From the IMG/VR virus record IMGVR_UViG_3300045988_183322: 64,000 bases of DNA. One strand, 5' to 3'. The stretch is from a virus. This document shows, piece after piece, positions 47,501-57,132 of the stretch. Each line of letters begins with the position of its first letter. The stretch's first letter is position 1. Position numbers and translations under genes: made by a program. The notes below the pieces were generated by a model. It made no database searches, was not told the DNA's origin, and worked only from the letters and a program-made list of their open reading frames with translations.

Positions 47501-50500
47501 TGGTAGTATATTTTGGACAGAAATCTTAGCTTGTCTATTGTTTAACTGTTCTTGAATGGCTTTTGACGTTTGCTCAGCGGCACTTAATTGAATATTAGCC
47601 GCTTTATATTGCATATCAGCACTTCTAAGTTCTTGTATAGCTAAAGCTAATCTTTGTCTATTCTCTTGTAGGGAAGCTTCTTCTTCCGCTTTTGCTATTT
47701 TCCCAATTAGAGCACTCACCTCTTGAATGTCTGAGAATCCCCCTTCGGAACGCCTAATTCCATTAACAATATTCATGAGTTCATCTCTATCTTGAGAAGA
47801 ACTGAGATTAGATATCCTTTGAACTACTTCTTTCTCAACTTCGGCAAAATATCTTTGCTGTTCCAACATTATTTTTCTCATATTAGATTCATAATCTAAT
47901 TGAGATTTTTGGGCTTCAATTCCAGTACTTAATGATGGGCTAATAGTTTTTCTTGCAGAAAGAATTGTTTGCTGTATTGTATTATTATAATCAATATTTT
48001 TAATTCTTGCTGTGAACTCATTAATTTGAGTTTCTAAATTATTTAATGCTTCTTTGAATCTTGTACTAGAAAAATATTTGTCGAATTCACCTAAAGCTGT
48101 TGAAGCCTTATTTATAGAATCTTTTAATTCTTTTGATGCAGTTTCTAAATCTTTATTTTCAATCGTCCTAAAAAAATCTTTGGCTTTTTGTGCCGCTTCA
48201 TGATTTAAGTTTTGAAATTGCTTACCCCATTTTCCTATCTCAATGAATATATTTTGTATTTCATTAGCTGATGTAGCTTGGTTTATTTTTCTAAGAGTTT
48301 CATCAAGGTTATCTTTCGAAAATCCAGAGCCTAAACTTGTTAAATTTTCTTTCAAAAATTTTGCGGCTAATTCCCTTATGGAGAGGATATTAGAAGTCCT
48401 TTCTCTTAATATATTTCTTTGCTCTATAGAGCCTTGAGCTTGAATCTTCTCTGCCGCAGAACCATAAATATTTTTTCTTATTAGAGATGAATCTAATTCT
48501 GTTGGAATATTATTTAATATTGATGTCTTTTTTAATATATCTCCTATGTCAGATATAAAATTCTTAATCTTAGTTACTATACTAATTTGTATCTCTCTTA
48601 TTTTTTTGGCATCTTTATCTGATATCCCTAGTTTTTTTAATTCATCCTCTCCCATTATTGGAGCCTTTTTTAAAAATTCTACTAGGCTCCTATAAGCCCT
48701 ATCAGATGATAATGCGGCCTCATCTCTATATTTTTTAGTTTCTGTAAATGCTTCTATTAATTTATCAACTTCTGCGGCATAAATTATATCTGCTTCATTT
48801 GATATTTTTTTTAAATATTCAGGAATCTCTGCTATTCTTCCAGAAGTTCTTAATTTTGTTATTTCTTCTTGTACCTCTTGAGATTGAAGTTTTTGCGCTT
48901 TTCTCTGTTGAATATATATATCTGCCGCTAATTTTGCTGAACCAGCGTTATCTCTAAGAGATTCATAACTGATATTTCCTCGCGTACTATAAGTTGCCCC
49001 AGCCCCAGCATAAGGCCCAAGTTCTGCCGTTATTGCCGTTCCTTTATACACGTTCTCCCAATCGCCTTGCTCAACAGCCTTCGAAATACGGTTTTTTATA
49101 CTTTTATTTATTTCATTTTGAAGTTCTGGAGTTATTCGAACTCTAGACCATTGATTAGTTATCCGAACATTTTTCAATACTTCATCTAAAATAGCATTTG
49201 TTAATGATTTAGGTGTCCCCACAGAAGATTTTAGAACTTCTTCTATTGATTTATTGATAAGTTCGTCCCCTGTTTTTACCTCTTCATATGCCTTTTTATC
49301 TTTAGTAATATTAGAAACTCTATAATTTTCTATAGCTTTCTCAATATTCTTTGCAATATCTTGACCTGAAATTCCTTCTGTAGCTTTAGCTGATTGAATC
49401 GCTAATTCTTCCAAAGATTTCGCCGCTCTATCTGCGGGCGTTTCTAACAGTCCAAATGATTTTTTGAATCTATTTATAATAGAATCTTGCCATCTGTCTG
49501 GCATTAGTTGCCAAGCAGTTGCAACCCAACCTATAATTGGTAAGAATTTAGTAAATGCTCCAATAACCCCTTTCAGAACAGGCCCAAGAGTTTTGAAACT
49601 ATTAAGAATGAGGGAAATAGTTTTTGTGTCGCCAGCTCGCCAAGACGCCATATTAGACTTTCCTATTTCCCTCGCTTTACTAAATCCTCCAAGAAAACTT
49701 TTTGCTGATTCCAATGGAGCATTTATCACATCTTTTCCAGACATTCCAAACCCAAAAGCGGAAGAAGCCATTTTCATTGTGATAAAAGTAGAAAGCGCTT
49801 TCCCTAGTTTAGAAAAAACAATTGCTGTAGTACTAGCTCCTTCTGATACATCTAATAATGCTCCATTTAAGAAAGAAGCGGCTATAGACCATTTTATAAG
49901 TCCTGTCAAACTTTTTTCTCTTTCCACAGAATCTTTAGATATAGCTTTTGATAAGTTCTCTGTTGAACCAGCGGCCTTATCTGCTACTCCGCTCAGAGCA
50001 TTTATTTTATTTATAACACCTTTCGTTATATCTCTTGTTATAAATGCTTCTCCAATTGGATTAAACTTGCTACTTTCTCTAATACTTCCCTTCGCGAAAT
50101 TTTTAGAGTTAGTAAGTTCTTTTATTTGATTCCTATTTAATATTTTGTATTTCCCATTTCCAGCGTCAACAATAAGTTCGTCAGTATTAGCGACAACAGT
50201 TTGTTTTATTCCATCTAATGGAAAATTATTCATAATGACGGGAGAAGCATTTTTTCTAGCACCACCTATCCCCATTTGAATAGCTTTTTGTTCTTTAACA
50301 AAAGCATTATCTCCGCTTGCTCTATTTTTGACAAATTTTCCCTTTTGATATGCCCCGATATTAGCTTGAGAAACATTCAATGTTGTCATTGAAGTCATTG
50401 TCGCCGCAATTTCAGCGTATATTTTTGCTAAAGTTTGACTTTTGGCAACTTCTGCATCAAGAAGAGAAATTACTTTTTGAGCTTGAGCCGTTCTACTAAT

Positions 50501-52249
50501 AGTTTTGTCAGTTATAACTGCTTGAATATCAGCATTATTCTGATATAAATTATTTAAAAGCTGTTCATACTGAACTTGCCTTTGAGAGGCTTTGTTTAAA
50601 TTCATGAAAGAAACCCATGAATCCTTAGTTTGCATTGCCATATAGGAAATACCTTTCCCTATTGTTGCAATAGCTAAAACCAATCCTGGTCCAGTCAAAA
50701 TAGAACCGATTCCTTGAACCACATTTTCAAGAAATGCCAAAGAACCTTCTCCTTTAATACCATCTGTTATTTTTTCAAGTAAATTATTAACTGTAGATAA
50801 TCCACTCGTCAAATCATCTAGAAAAGCCGTGTTGCCAAAAGCAGAACCTAATTCAATGCCCGTTGTTTTAAGTTTTTGGATTTGCGCATCCAATGTTTGA
50901 TTTAATATTGCATTTTTTTGGTAAGCTTCATCTACAGCTTGATTAGCATTTAATAAATTTCTATCATAACGAGATACCCCTTTTTCTACTTCTTTATAAA
51001 GTTGTTGCAATTTACTTTTTTGCGCCTCATCAGAAGTATTTTTAATTTGAATAGAAATTTCTTTAAGGACATCAACTCCTTGTTTTAATCCATCTGGCCC
51101 ATTTAAAGAAAGCCCGAATGAATTTAAAGAGTTTTCGATTTCCTTTATTTTTTCTTCAGGAAGACTTTCTAAACTTCTTCCTAAATCATTCATCAAGGAG
51201 GTCAGTTTATCAATTTGATAAAGCCCCGACATTTCTTTTAAAAATTTAACTAATTCTGACCTATCTCCGAATACTTGAACGCCTCCTAAACCATTGATAG
51301 TTTTAGCCATATTTTTCAATATGTCCATTGTTTCAAGCAATTCCCCATTATCAGATTCTACTTTAATTCCAAACCCTTTTAAAGTTTGCAATTTTGAAGG
51401 GTCAATAATTCTAGTGAATATTGATTTAGCAGAGTTGCCTAAGACACCACCTTGAAGACCTGTCGTTTCTTGTAATGTTGCAATAAATGCGGCTAATTCT
51501 CGGAACGAAACCCCTGCTGAACGCGCGGCAGAAGCAGAGCGCGCCATACCTTGAATGATACCATCAGTAGAAGCCGCCGCCGCTAAGTCGATAGCAGAAA
51601 GTGCATTCAGAATTTCACTAGAAGATAAATCTTCGTTGGAAAATGCGTTGATGGTGGCAGTTAAACCATTAATAGCTTCATCAAGACTGATACCCGTAAG
51701 GCGCATCATAATCATGGTATCATTAGTTCTCTCAATGATTTGATTCATGGCTAGGCCTTGTCTAGAAAACTCTAATGCCGCTTTTGCCGCATCTTTAAAT
51801 GAAGTTGCTGTATTTCTTGCTACGTCGAAAAGCCGATTTCCATATTCTACAATTTCAGAATTAGATGCTTCCGAAATGACTTGAAGTTCTTTTAATGCTT
51901 TTTGAACATCAATAGTAGAATCTAATAAGCTTGAAAAAGCTCTTTCTACCGCGCCCACAGAAGCGACGGAAGCCCCGAAAGCAAGGACTCTAGCATTAGA
52001 TGCGGCTAAACTCTTATCGAAGTCATTGACGAGTCCATTTATTTTTCCTAGTGGTGCTTCATAATCTCTGAATGCTCGAGATGGCATGTTAGCTCTGATA
52101 AGTTTAGTCACATCAACTTGGCTTGCTAAGCTAGCTATTTCTCTCTCTACAGTTTTTACTGCCCTCCTAGCCTGTTGTTGTAAAGACTTAGAGTTCAGGC
52201 TAACATTTAATTCAGCATCAATTTTTACTTTGTTATTATTTCCTGCCAT
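44564..52249 (-). CDS. tail tape measure protein (2561 aa)
   Basis: It is very long, coiled-coil-rich and Ala/Gln/Lys-rich, with glycine-rich hydrophobic segments (IGSILTGPGLVLAIATIGKGI; IIGMGAMIGLNYITGGIGG). A ~55 aa motif is duplicated near the C-terminus (GG..vGg.g.RDd.Pa.LTgGEYVl..dV...G...LD.LN..kVS.FA.GG). Confidence 0.65.
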   Translation of the reverse strand: MAGNNNKVKIDAELNVSLNSKSLQQQARRAVKTVEREIASLASQVDVTKLIRANMPSRAFRDYEAPLGKINGLVNDFDKSLAASNARVLAFGASVASVGAVERAFSSLLDSTIDVQKALKELQVISEASNSEIVEYGNRLFDVARNTATSFKDAAKAALEFSRQGLAMNQIIERTNDTMIMMRLTGISLDEAINGLTATINAFSNEDLSSSEILNALSAIDLAAAASTDGIIQGMARSASAARSAGVSFRELAAFIATLQETTGLQGGVLGNSAKSIFTRIIDPSKLQTLKGFGIKVESDNGELLETMDILKNMAKTINGLGGVQVFGDRSELVKFLKEMSGLYQIDKLTSLMNDLGRSLESLPEEKIKEIENSLNSFGLSLNGPDGLKQGVDVLKEISIQIKNTSDEAQKSKLQQLYKEVEKGVSRYDRNLLNANQAVDEAYQKNAILNQTLDAQIQKLKTTGIELGSAFGNTAFLDDLTSGLSTVNNLLEKITDGIKGEGSLAFLENVVQGIGSILTGPGLVLAIATIGKGISYMAMQTKDSWVSFMNLNKASQRQVQYEQLLNNLYQNNADIQAVITDKTISRTAQAQKVISLLDAEVAKSQTLAKIYAEIAATMTSMTTLNVSQANIGAYQKGKFVKNRASGDNAFVKEQKAIQMGIGGARKNASPVIMNNFPLDGIKQTVVANTDELIVDAGNGKYKILNRNQIKELTNSKNFAKGSIRESSKFNPIGEAFITRDITKGVINKINALSGVADKAAGSTENLSKAISKDSVEREKSLTGLIKWSIAASFLNGALLDVSEGASTTAIVFSKLGKALSTFITMKMASSAFGFGMSGKDVINAPLESAKSFLGGFSKAREIGKSNMASWRAGDTKTISLILNSFKTLGPVLKGVIGAFTKFLPIIGWVATAWQLMPDRWQDSIINRFKKSFGLLETPADRAAKSLEELAIQSAKATEGISGQDIAKNIEKAIENYRVSNITKDKKAYEEVKTGDELINKSIEEVLKSSVGTPKSLTNAILDEVLKNVRITNQWSRVRITPELQNEINKSIKNRISKAVEQGDWENVYKGTAITAELGPYAGAGATYSTRGNISYESLRDNAGSAKLAADIYIQQRKAQKLQSQEVQEEITKLRTSGRIAEIPEYLKKISNEADIIYAAEVDKLIEAFTETKKYRDEAALSSDRAYRSLVEFLKKAPIMGEDELKKLGISDKDAKKIREIQISIVTKIKNFISDIGDILKKTSILNNIPTELDSSLIRKNIYGSAAEKIQAQGSIEQRNILRERTSNILSIRELAAKFLKENLTSLGSGFSKDNLDETLRKINQATSANEIQNIFIEIGKWGKQFQNLNHEAAQKAKDFFRTIENKDLETASKELKDSINKASTALGEFDKYFSSTRFKEALNNLETQINEFTARIKNIDYNNTIQQTILSARKTISPSLSTGIEAQKSQLDYESNMRKIMLEQQRYFAEVEKEVVQRISNLSSSQDRDELMNIVNGIRRSEGGFSDIQEVSALIGKIAKAEEEASLQENRQRLALAIQELRSADMQYKAANIQLSAAEQTSKAIQEQLNNRQAKISVQNILPSLLKNLPSVTNTLSGKRSFEGDNITKFSQSLLSELQKAFDKTLNIVTPNSIEENARRQQSFSMYGKTYDISTQKAQESIKKLQEQFTLLGNALNQRVNIQLTSFSAKIKQTSDAITKMRLNMEKEDVDLESDILLLPDEVKEVVRGFDLLNKANKELAIGQMEVAQANLEQRRSLLEATNRIEDVGKRAEIVQQFDSRKSNDELANIIGRALAEQEVLGLKSTDIFKSSVDDFGKFNEIFKTAINEFDKAVDKIVDKNPRELENIRGSSIQSLARERNSQTSYNGIGIVNAGGPTDIPSDDDLNPFEGYIEDVETTAVAMSDLTDATTKATEIVSKQKEKTEEQIDALGKANADLLKNNDATTKATEAQINYKKAVNEAQKFLERFTIIGNKAITAATAAEKYSYQRQVNINNEGPKNIKGYENMTYQQAMEEALKKGDAGKEDLLKIQEQFNKRLEFKTFNEGWSESLAQMSDDAKRLEENMGKMIGTIKDGFVDVFTDAITGAKSFEDAMTDMVTNVANQIIKHGLNSLISNMFSGVAGLGSGGQQSTPAIYSSQSGMGGGIFSWLTNLFAEGGQVVGGSGVRDDVPALLTGGEYVLKKDVVSRVGKDYLDMLNSGKVSKFATGGYVKGRNSERWYLDNGGYPTDTSKSNTGGNNGFYSPGKYGYGSIVGRNNLKSFATQSFTSGQYDVIKQNDTGGVIGLENESWRISAYGRNADTVENQTTEADKREAFNLADQEQKQADALEKERKKRKKSMWKSIIGMGAMIGLNYITGGIGGNSTWGLAGLFGGGNSSWGKGIQEFQGAFGNGPRGSDQVNILRGIFGMKKLEKQRASGGPITSGTAGRDTTPINAMNGEYVISRDVARNIGTPFLDALNNNRVSFANDGGSQTSGPVGMDFSKLIDKFDEMITVVKEAFETSTGNITINITDNSTGGTQESQQGETSEDNQRLAQRIKEVVRSTILEEKRVGGMLNTTKA

Positions 52250-52279
52250 CTCTCTTTAATTTACACAGAGGTCTTAATA

Positions 52280-53236
52280 TTAAAGTGTGGACAAATCTTT
52301 AATATCTAACTTGCCACCTTTTTTCCTTAATAAATCAACTAGTTTTATTTTACTTGATTCAGGCTCTAAAGTATCTAAATCTTCTTTAGTGCTTCCGACA
52401 TAAGATTTCATCGTGTGAGAATCGTCTTTCTCTTTATTTTTACTATTTTCTTTTTTTACGAATGCAATAATTCTTTCATAATCATGAACTATTGACTCTG
52501 GTATTTGATAATTTTTGAATATGTTCGTATATGTTTTTGCTAAACTAACTAAACGAACTTGAAAAGATGTTAATTCAAATACATTTTTGCCGAAAAATGC
52601 TGTTGGGTCTTCGGCTATGATTAAATAGGAAGAAAAAAATTCGCTTACTACTAATTCATTTAATTTAGCTTCTGATATAGACTCTTTAATTCTTTTGAAT
52701 ATTTTAAATATTTCTTCTACTTCATCAGTTTCTAATAATTCAATATCTTCTTCTGAAAAAAGAGGTATCGAAAGCTTTTCGTCTTTATAAAGAAGAGAAA
52801 GGACAAATTTTTCATATCCTTTCGCATTTGCAAAATCTTCTGCTGTTCTCCCTAATAAATCTTTTCTTTTTCTCTCCATCCTGATAAGGTTAAAACGTTC
52901 CTTATCTATTGTTTTTTGTTGCTCTTTTTTTTGTGATGGAAGAATAGTTTTCTCTTGTGTTAAAATTAAAGATTCAACAAATCCTCTTTGTTTGATGACT
53001 TCATCTTCTTCTTTCTGACTCCATGCTCCATTTTTATAAGCTATTTCTAAAGCTGTTTTTTCAAGAGGCATACCTTGCCTAACACATTCGTTTATTATTC
53101 TTTGTGTTTCTTCTGGAATAATACTTCTCTCATAGTCAGAATAATGTTTGAGGTATGCAGTCGTCCCACATACCTCAACAATAGAATATCCTGACACGAT
53201 TTCCTTCAATAGAAAAGCCGCATCATGTTCTTTCAT
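52280..53236 (-). CDS. acidic helical protein upstream of the TMP (tail assembly chaperone-like, second segment)
   Basis: This 318 aa E/K-rich ORF starts with the ATG immediately after the in-frame TAA of the upstream ORF. Confidence 0.3.
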   Translation of the reverse strand: MKEHDAAFLLKEIVSGYSIVEVCGTTAYLKHYSDYERSIIPEETQRIINECVRQGMPLEKTALEIAYKNGAWSQKEEDEVIKQRGFVESLILTQEKTILPSQKKEQQKTIDKERFNLIRMERKRKDLLGRTAEDFANAKGYEKFVLSLLYKDEKLSIPLFSEEDIELLETDEVEEIFKIFKRIKESISEAKLNELVVSEFFSSYLIIAEDPTAFFGKNVFELTSFQVRLVSLAKTYTNIFKNYQIPESIVHDYERIIAFVKKENSKNKEKDDSHTMKSYVGSTKEDLDTLEPESSKIKLVDLLRKKGGKLDIKDLSTL

Positions 53237-54244
53237 TTAAGCTCCTTCAAGTTTATCTTCTTTTTTTCTTCTTCTCTTTGGCCTCTCTTGTTTTTTTTCT
53301 AAATTTGAAGAATTAGAAACGGCTTCCTCGTTAGATTTCTTTTCTTCTCCCTTAGCCTTTGCTTCTTCGATTTTTTGTTTCATCTCTAATTTTTGAGCTT
53401 TTTCTCTCAAATCCTTTTCTTTTTGCTCATTTTTTTCAAGAAGCTCCATTGCCTCTGTAAATTGTTCTTTAGTGAGAACATCAGCGCGATAGAAATACAA
53501 ACCATACACCTTTTGAACTTTTTCTAGAATTTGGAAATAAATAGGGTCATCTTCATCTTCCAAATCAAGATACTTTTCTACTTGGTCATTGAACTCAATC
53601 TTTTTTGTGACTGTATCAACAGGAACTTCATATAAATCTTTATAATCTTCTTCTCCCGGATTCTTTATTTGAGTTCCTTTAATAATAAAGTATCTTAATT
53701 TATGATTTTCCGCTAGTTTATCAGCAGTATGAGTAAATAAGGTGTCATATTCACTCTCAATTTCTAAAATTCGCTGATAATTTTTCCCATATTCAGGAAT
53801 TAGTTTCTGCAATTCCTGAATCTTATTTTTCTCTTCTTCTGTCAATTCGTCATCTTCTTTGTCGGATAATGTTGAACTTAGCAGAGTGAATAATTCTTTT
53901 ATTTCCACTTGACGCTCATATCTTTCAGTAAGTTCTTTGAAAATTTCATTTGTATAAAGACCGCCTGTATCTGTGTATTTTTTATACAGCATTTGCTTTG
54001 TCATGATACCCATATTGAGACATTCAGATAACTTCAAAGAATATTGAAATTCTGCTTCTTCAATATTTTTTCTTGTTGGTCTTAAACATCTTATGTTAAT
54101 TTCTTCAACTGTTTCAACCTTCTTTTTTCGAACAATTTCTTCTCCTGTCTCAGTATCTTTTTCGGAAATTTCGATTGTCTTTTCTACAGGTTTTTTTATA
54201 ATAAACTCATAAAGAACTCTGTCTTTTTTGGCTGTCTTGAGCAT
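53237..54244 (-). CDS. acidic coiled-coil protein upstream of the TMP (tail assembly chaperone-like, first segment)
   Basis: A 335 aa ORF whose KE-rich C-terminus ends ...RPKRRRKKEDKLEGA-TAA-ATG. It is in the same frame as the downstream ORF. Confidence 0.3.
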   Translation of the reverse strand: MLKTAKKDRVLYEFIIKKPVEKTIEISEKDTETGEEIVRKKKVETVEEINIRCLRPTRKNIEEAEFQYSLKLSECLNMGIMTKQMLYKKYTDTGGLYTNEIFKELTERYERQVEIKELFTLLSSTLSDKEDDELTEEEKNKIQELQKLIPEYGKNYQRILEIESEYDTLFTHTADKLAENHKLRYFIIKGTQIKNPGEEDYKDLYEVPVDTVTKKIEFNDQVEKYLDLEDEDDPIYFQILEKVQKVYGLYFYRADVLTKEQFTEAMELLEKNEQKEKDLREKAQKLEMKQKIEEAKAKGEEKKSNEEAVSNSSNLEKKQERPKRRRKKEDKLEGA

Positions 54245-54261
54245 ATGTGTAATAAATTAAG

Positions 54262-54708
54262 ATGTTATTGAATGATTCTCAGAAAGAAGCTATCAGAAGT
54301 AAATTGACTATTCTTCATAATGAATTATCGAGAGATATTACAATTTTTCAAGCAGAAAAAATACTTTTTATTTCAACAGACGATTCTTATTCTGGTGCAT
54401 ATAAACATAGTCTTTCTCAAAAAGAAGTTGTATATACAGAAAATAATGTAAAAGCCCGCATCTATTATAATAATACGGACTTCAATAGTTTGAATACATT
54501 AGATTCTAATATCCATGCAAATTTAGTTGATGGTAAATGTGTTGTGCGTGTTGATAAAGAAGGCTATGAATTATTGAAAAATGCAGAAAAAGTTATTATT
54601 GATGGTAAGGAAATGACTTTAACTTCAAGTTCGAAACCAGTTGGCAACGGAGTATTTAATGGATTATTTTGGGATTTCATCTTAAGCCCTGACACATCAG
54701 AAGTTTAA
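54262..54708 (+). CDS. hypothetical virion/tail protein
   Basis: A 148 aa ORF, the first gene of a rightward operon that diverges from the tail operon across only 17 bp of spacer. Confidence 0.3.
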   Translation: MLLNDSQKEAIRSKLTILHNELSRDITIFQAEKILFISTDDSYSGAYKHSLSQKEVVYTENNVKARIYYNNTDFNSLNTLDSNIHANLVDGKCVVRVDKEGYELLKNAEKVIIDGKEMTLTSSSKPVGNGVFNGLFWDFILSPDTSEV

Positions 54709-55340
54709 TGAAGGTCAATACAAAATCTGTAAGAATAAATTATAAAGCCTCCATTATAGAAAGTGGCTCATTGACGACAATAGATAGGTCCATTACCCCA
54801 AAACTTAAAGATTATATAGCAATTGCAAAGGACGAACTCCTTCAACAATTTAATTCTCATCCTGTTACACAAGAGATAGATATGGGTCCAAATGGGAGTA
54901 ATATATCAGGAACATTAAGCGGGTATGGATGTCTTTTTTCTTTCATTGGGTTTGATAGTGGCGACAATCCTACTGATATCATACGGAGAAAAATAAAAAA
55001 TATTCAACTTCGTATTTATCAAAAAGGTTCAAAAGTAGATTATAAAATAATTGCCCCATCTATAGAGAATATCTATCGCGATACCCCTTTACCTTGGGCA
55101 AAGGGAAGAAGTTGGGTTAGAGGAATAGAGCATGGATTGCCTAATATTGCTCAATATAAGCATAGTAAAGAAATATCTTCTTATTCTCGTTCTGGAACAG
55201 GCCTTTTAATTAAAGAACCCAAAACATTCGCTCTAAAAAGTCATATAAGAAGATTTAAAAATACGCCGTATGTAACAATGATGCTTCGGGATTTTGATGA
55301 AAAAATGAAATCATATATTAATTTTATTCTAAAATCATGA
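54708..55340 (+). CDS. hypothetical virion/tail protein
   Basis: A 210 aa ORF coupled to the upstream gene. Confidence 0.3.
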   Translation: MKVNTKSVRINYKASIIESGSLTTIDRSITPKLKDYIAIAKDELLQQFNSHPVTQEIDMGPNGSNISGTLSGYGCLFSFIGFDSGDNPTDIIRRKIKNIQLRIYQKGSKVDYKIIAPSIENIYRDTPLPWAKGRSWVRGIEHGLPNIAQYKHSKEISSYSRSGTGLLIKEPKTFALKSHIRRFKNTPYVTMMLRDFDEKMKSYINFILKS

Positions 55341-56164
55341 AAAAACAATTCATTCATAAATTTTCTACTTCTTATCTGTTATGGTTTGAGAATTTCCTTA
55401 ATAAGAAAGGAGAAATATATTCCACTGAAGAAGTTGAATTTAAATATTCAGGAAAATCTTCTTTTTATATTGGATTAGATGAATGGCAATCACCATATGA
55501 ATCAATTATTTATGATTCTTCTCTAAAAAATGTTTCAGTAACCCCTAAGATATTATTAGATATTTTCAAAGCAAGAGTTCAGTTCGCTGGTGGTAATATA
55601 TTATGTCAACCAGTACATAAAGATAGCATAAAATTACTTTGCTCACCTCAAGAATGCTCTGTTTCTTTCTCTAATTTAACAGAAGGCGAGATTATTACGA
55701 ATGTAGTAGAAGAAGCTCAGGAAAAAAGAAAAAAGAAAAAAAATATATTTTTAACTCCTAAAATTATTTTATGTATAGATGATTTTACAAATGAGCCATT
55801 TGCCTTTGGTGGCATGATGAACAGCAAAATAGCCTGTAAAGCGGTCATTTTCTCTCAAGACCAATACTTTTTAGATGGTGTTCTATCAATCTTTAATGAT
55901 TCTAGAGATGAAATATTTGTTGAGATTGATGATGAAAATTATCCTTTGAATGAAATGGGAGTTTTTAAGGAAAAATTTATTGAGTTAGGCGAATTTAATT
56001 ATGACAATATTTCTAAAGAATCTGTGCAAAATAAAAATAATATTTTTTATATAGAAAATGTTTTTTGCTCTAAATCTAATGATAAGATAAGCAGAGAAGC
56101 TACCGCTAATTTATATATTGGGTTCATAGAATTTGACATAAATTGCGAAAGATATAGAGAATGA
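55337..56164 (+). CDS. hypothetical virion/tail protein
   Basis: A 275 aa ORF. Confidence 0.3.
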   Translation: MKKQFIHKFSTSYLLWFENFLNKKGEIYSTEEVEFKYSGKSSFYIGLDEWQSPYESIIYDSSLKNVSVTPKILLDIFKARVQFAGGNILCQPVHKDSIKLLCSPQECSVSFSNLTEGEIITNVVEEAQEKRKKKKNIFLTPKIILCIDDFTNEPFAFGGMMNSKIACKAVIFSQDQYFLDGVLSIFNDSRDEIFVEIDDENYPLNEMGVFKEKFIELGEFNYDNISKESVQNKNNIFYIENVFCSKSNDKISREATANLYIGFIEFDINCERYRE

Positions 56165-56838
56165 AAAAAAATCCTTACGAAAGAATTAAGCATGGATTCG
56201 ATAGGTTTCCCACATCTCCTCCAATCGCGACTACAGATAGAGTAGGTGGCTTCTTGTTAGAAGAAAATGGAGATTTTGTCCTTGATAAACTTGGTCATTT
56301 GAAATTAGCAAACTCAGGTGGTGGAGGCGGTGGAGGTAGCTCTAGCGATTCTGGCAGAGTAGGTGATATTGTTTTCACTTTTAATCCTTCCATTGAACTC
56401 GGTGGGTATTGGCTTGAAAGTGCTGGGCAAAGTATGAGCAAACGAGAATATCCAGAGCTTTTTGAAGTTATTGGCTATAAATATGGTGGTCAAGGAGATA
56501 ATTTCCTTCTTCCTAATTTTAAACAAAATCAATGGTTTGTTCGTTCTTATAGCTCCGATAATCCAATCGGCTCAACTCAAATTGATGCGATTAGGAATAT
56601 TACTGGTAAAGTTACATTGTTAGGTACTGGTGGGTCCTATCTATGGGGAGGTGCTAAATCTGGCGTTTTTGATTTTGAAAAATACGATAATTTCAGCAAA
56701 TATTCCGTTCCTTCTACGTCTTCTCAATATAAAGGACTCGTTCAAAATATCACTTTCGATGCTTCTAAAAGTGTCACAACTGCAAATGAAAATAGGCCTG
56801 TTAATATAGCAATGAGAGTATTGATTAAAGTGAAATGA
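56161..56838 (+). CDS. tail fiber protein with a phage tail-collar domain
   Basis: VGDIVFTFNPSIELGGYWLESAGQSMSKREYPELFEVIGYKYGGQGDNFLLPNFKQNQWFVRS matches the Collar domain consensus (iG.i..f...P.GwL.cnGq.ls...Yp.Lf.~iG..yGg.g.tF.LPdlRGrf.r). An N-terminal Gly-rich linker (GGGGGGGSSSD) is present. Confidence 0.6.
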   Translation: MKKNPYERIKHGFDRFPTSPPIATTDRVGGFLLEENGDFVLDKLGHLKLANSGGGGGGGSSSDSGRVGDIVFTFNPSIELGGYWLESAGQSMSKREYPELFEVIGYKYGGQGDNFLLPNFKQNQWFVRSYSSDNPIGSTQIDAIRNITGKVTLLGTGGSYLWGGAKSGVFDFEKYDNFSKYSVPSTSSQYKGLVQNITFDASKSVTTANENRPVNIAMRVLIKVK

Positions 56839-57056
56839 TGAATTATTTTTCAAAAAAGAATCTAAGTTACAAAAAAGAGGGGTTAATTGTTAAACGGGAT
56901 GCTAAAACTGGTAAAGTTAGTGTTTCTGTAAAACTTCTTGATAGAGAAAAAACAGCTAGTGATTTTTTCGTAGAATATGAAGAAAAAAGTCATAAACGCG
57001 CAATGGCTACAATGAGAGAAATATTGAAATCTAGGAATAAAGATATTAAATCATAG
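56835..57056 (+). CDS. hypothetical small protein
   Basis: A 73 aa ORF coupled to the upstream gene. Confidence 0.25.
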   Translation: MMNYFSKKNLSYKKEGLIVKRDAKTGKVSVSVKLLDREKTASDFFVEYEEKSHKRAMATMREILKSRNKDIKS

Positions 57057-57132
57057 TTCTTTAATTTTTAATAATTTTTTCGTTTGAATGTAAAGATATT
57101 AGAAACGCAGATTAATTTCATAAAATTTTGTT

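Noticed and set aside
44868-51743. Multiple 60-220 aa plus-strand ORFs (for example 44868-45092, 45900-46157, 46767-47006, 47355-47555, 48243-48437, 48748-48957, 49464-50129, 51555-51743)
   Set aside because: All lie antisense within the 2561 aa tape-measure ORF. They show no start context and have low-complexity translations, so they are almost certainly spurious.
53255-53275. A7 run (agaAAAAAAAgaag) near the end of the 335 aa ORF as a -1 programmed frameshift site for a G/GT-like fusion
   Set aside because: The -1 frame hits a stop (TAA) two codons after the slip site. The downstream ORF is in the 0 frame, so readthrough of the TAA, not frameshifting, would be required.
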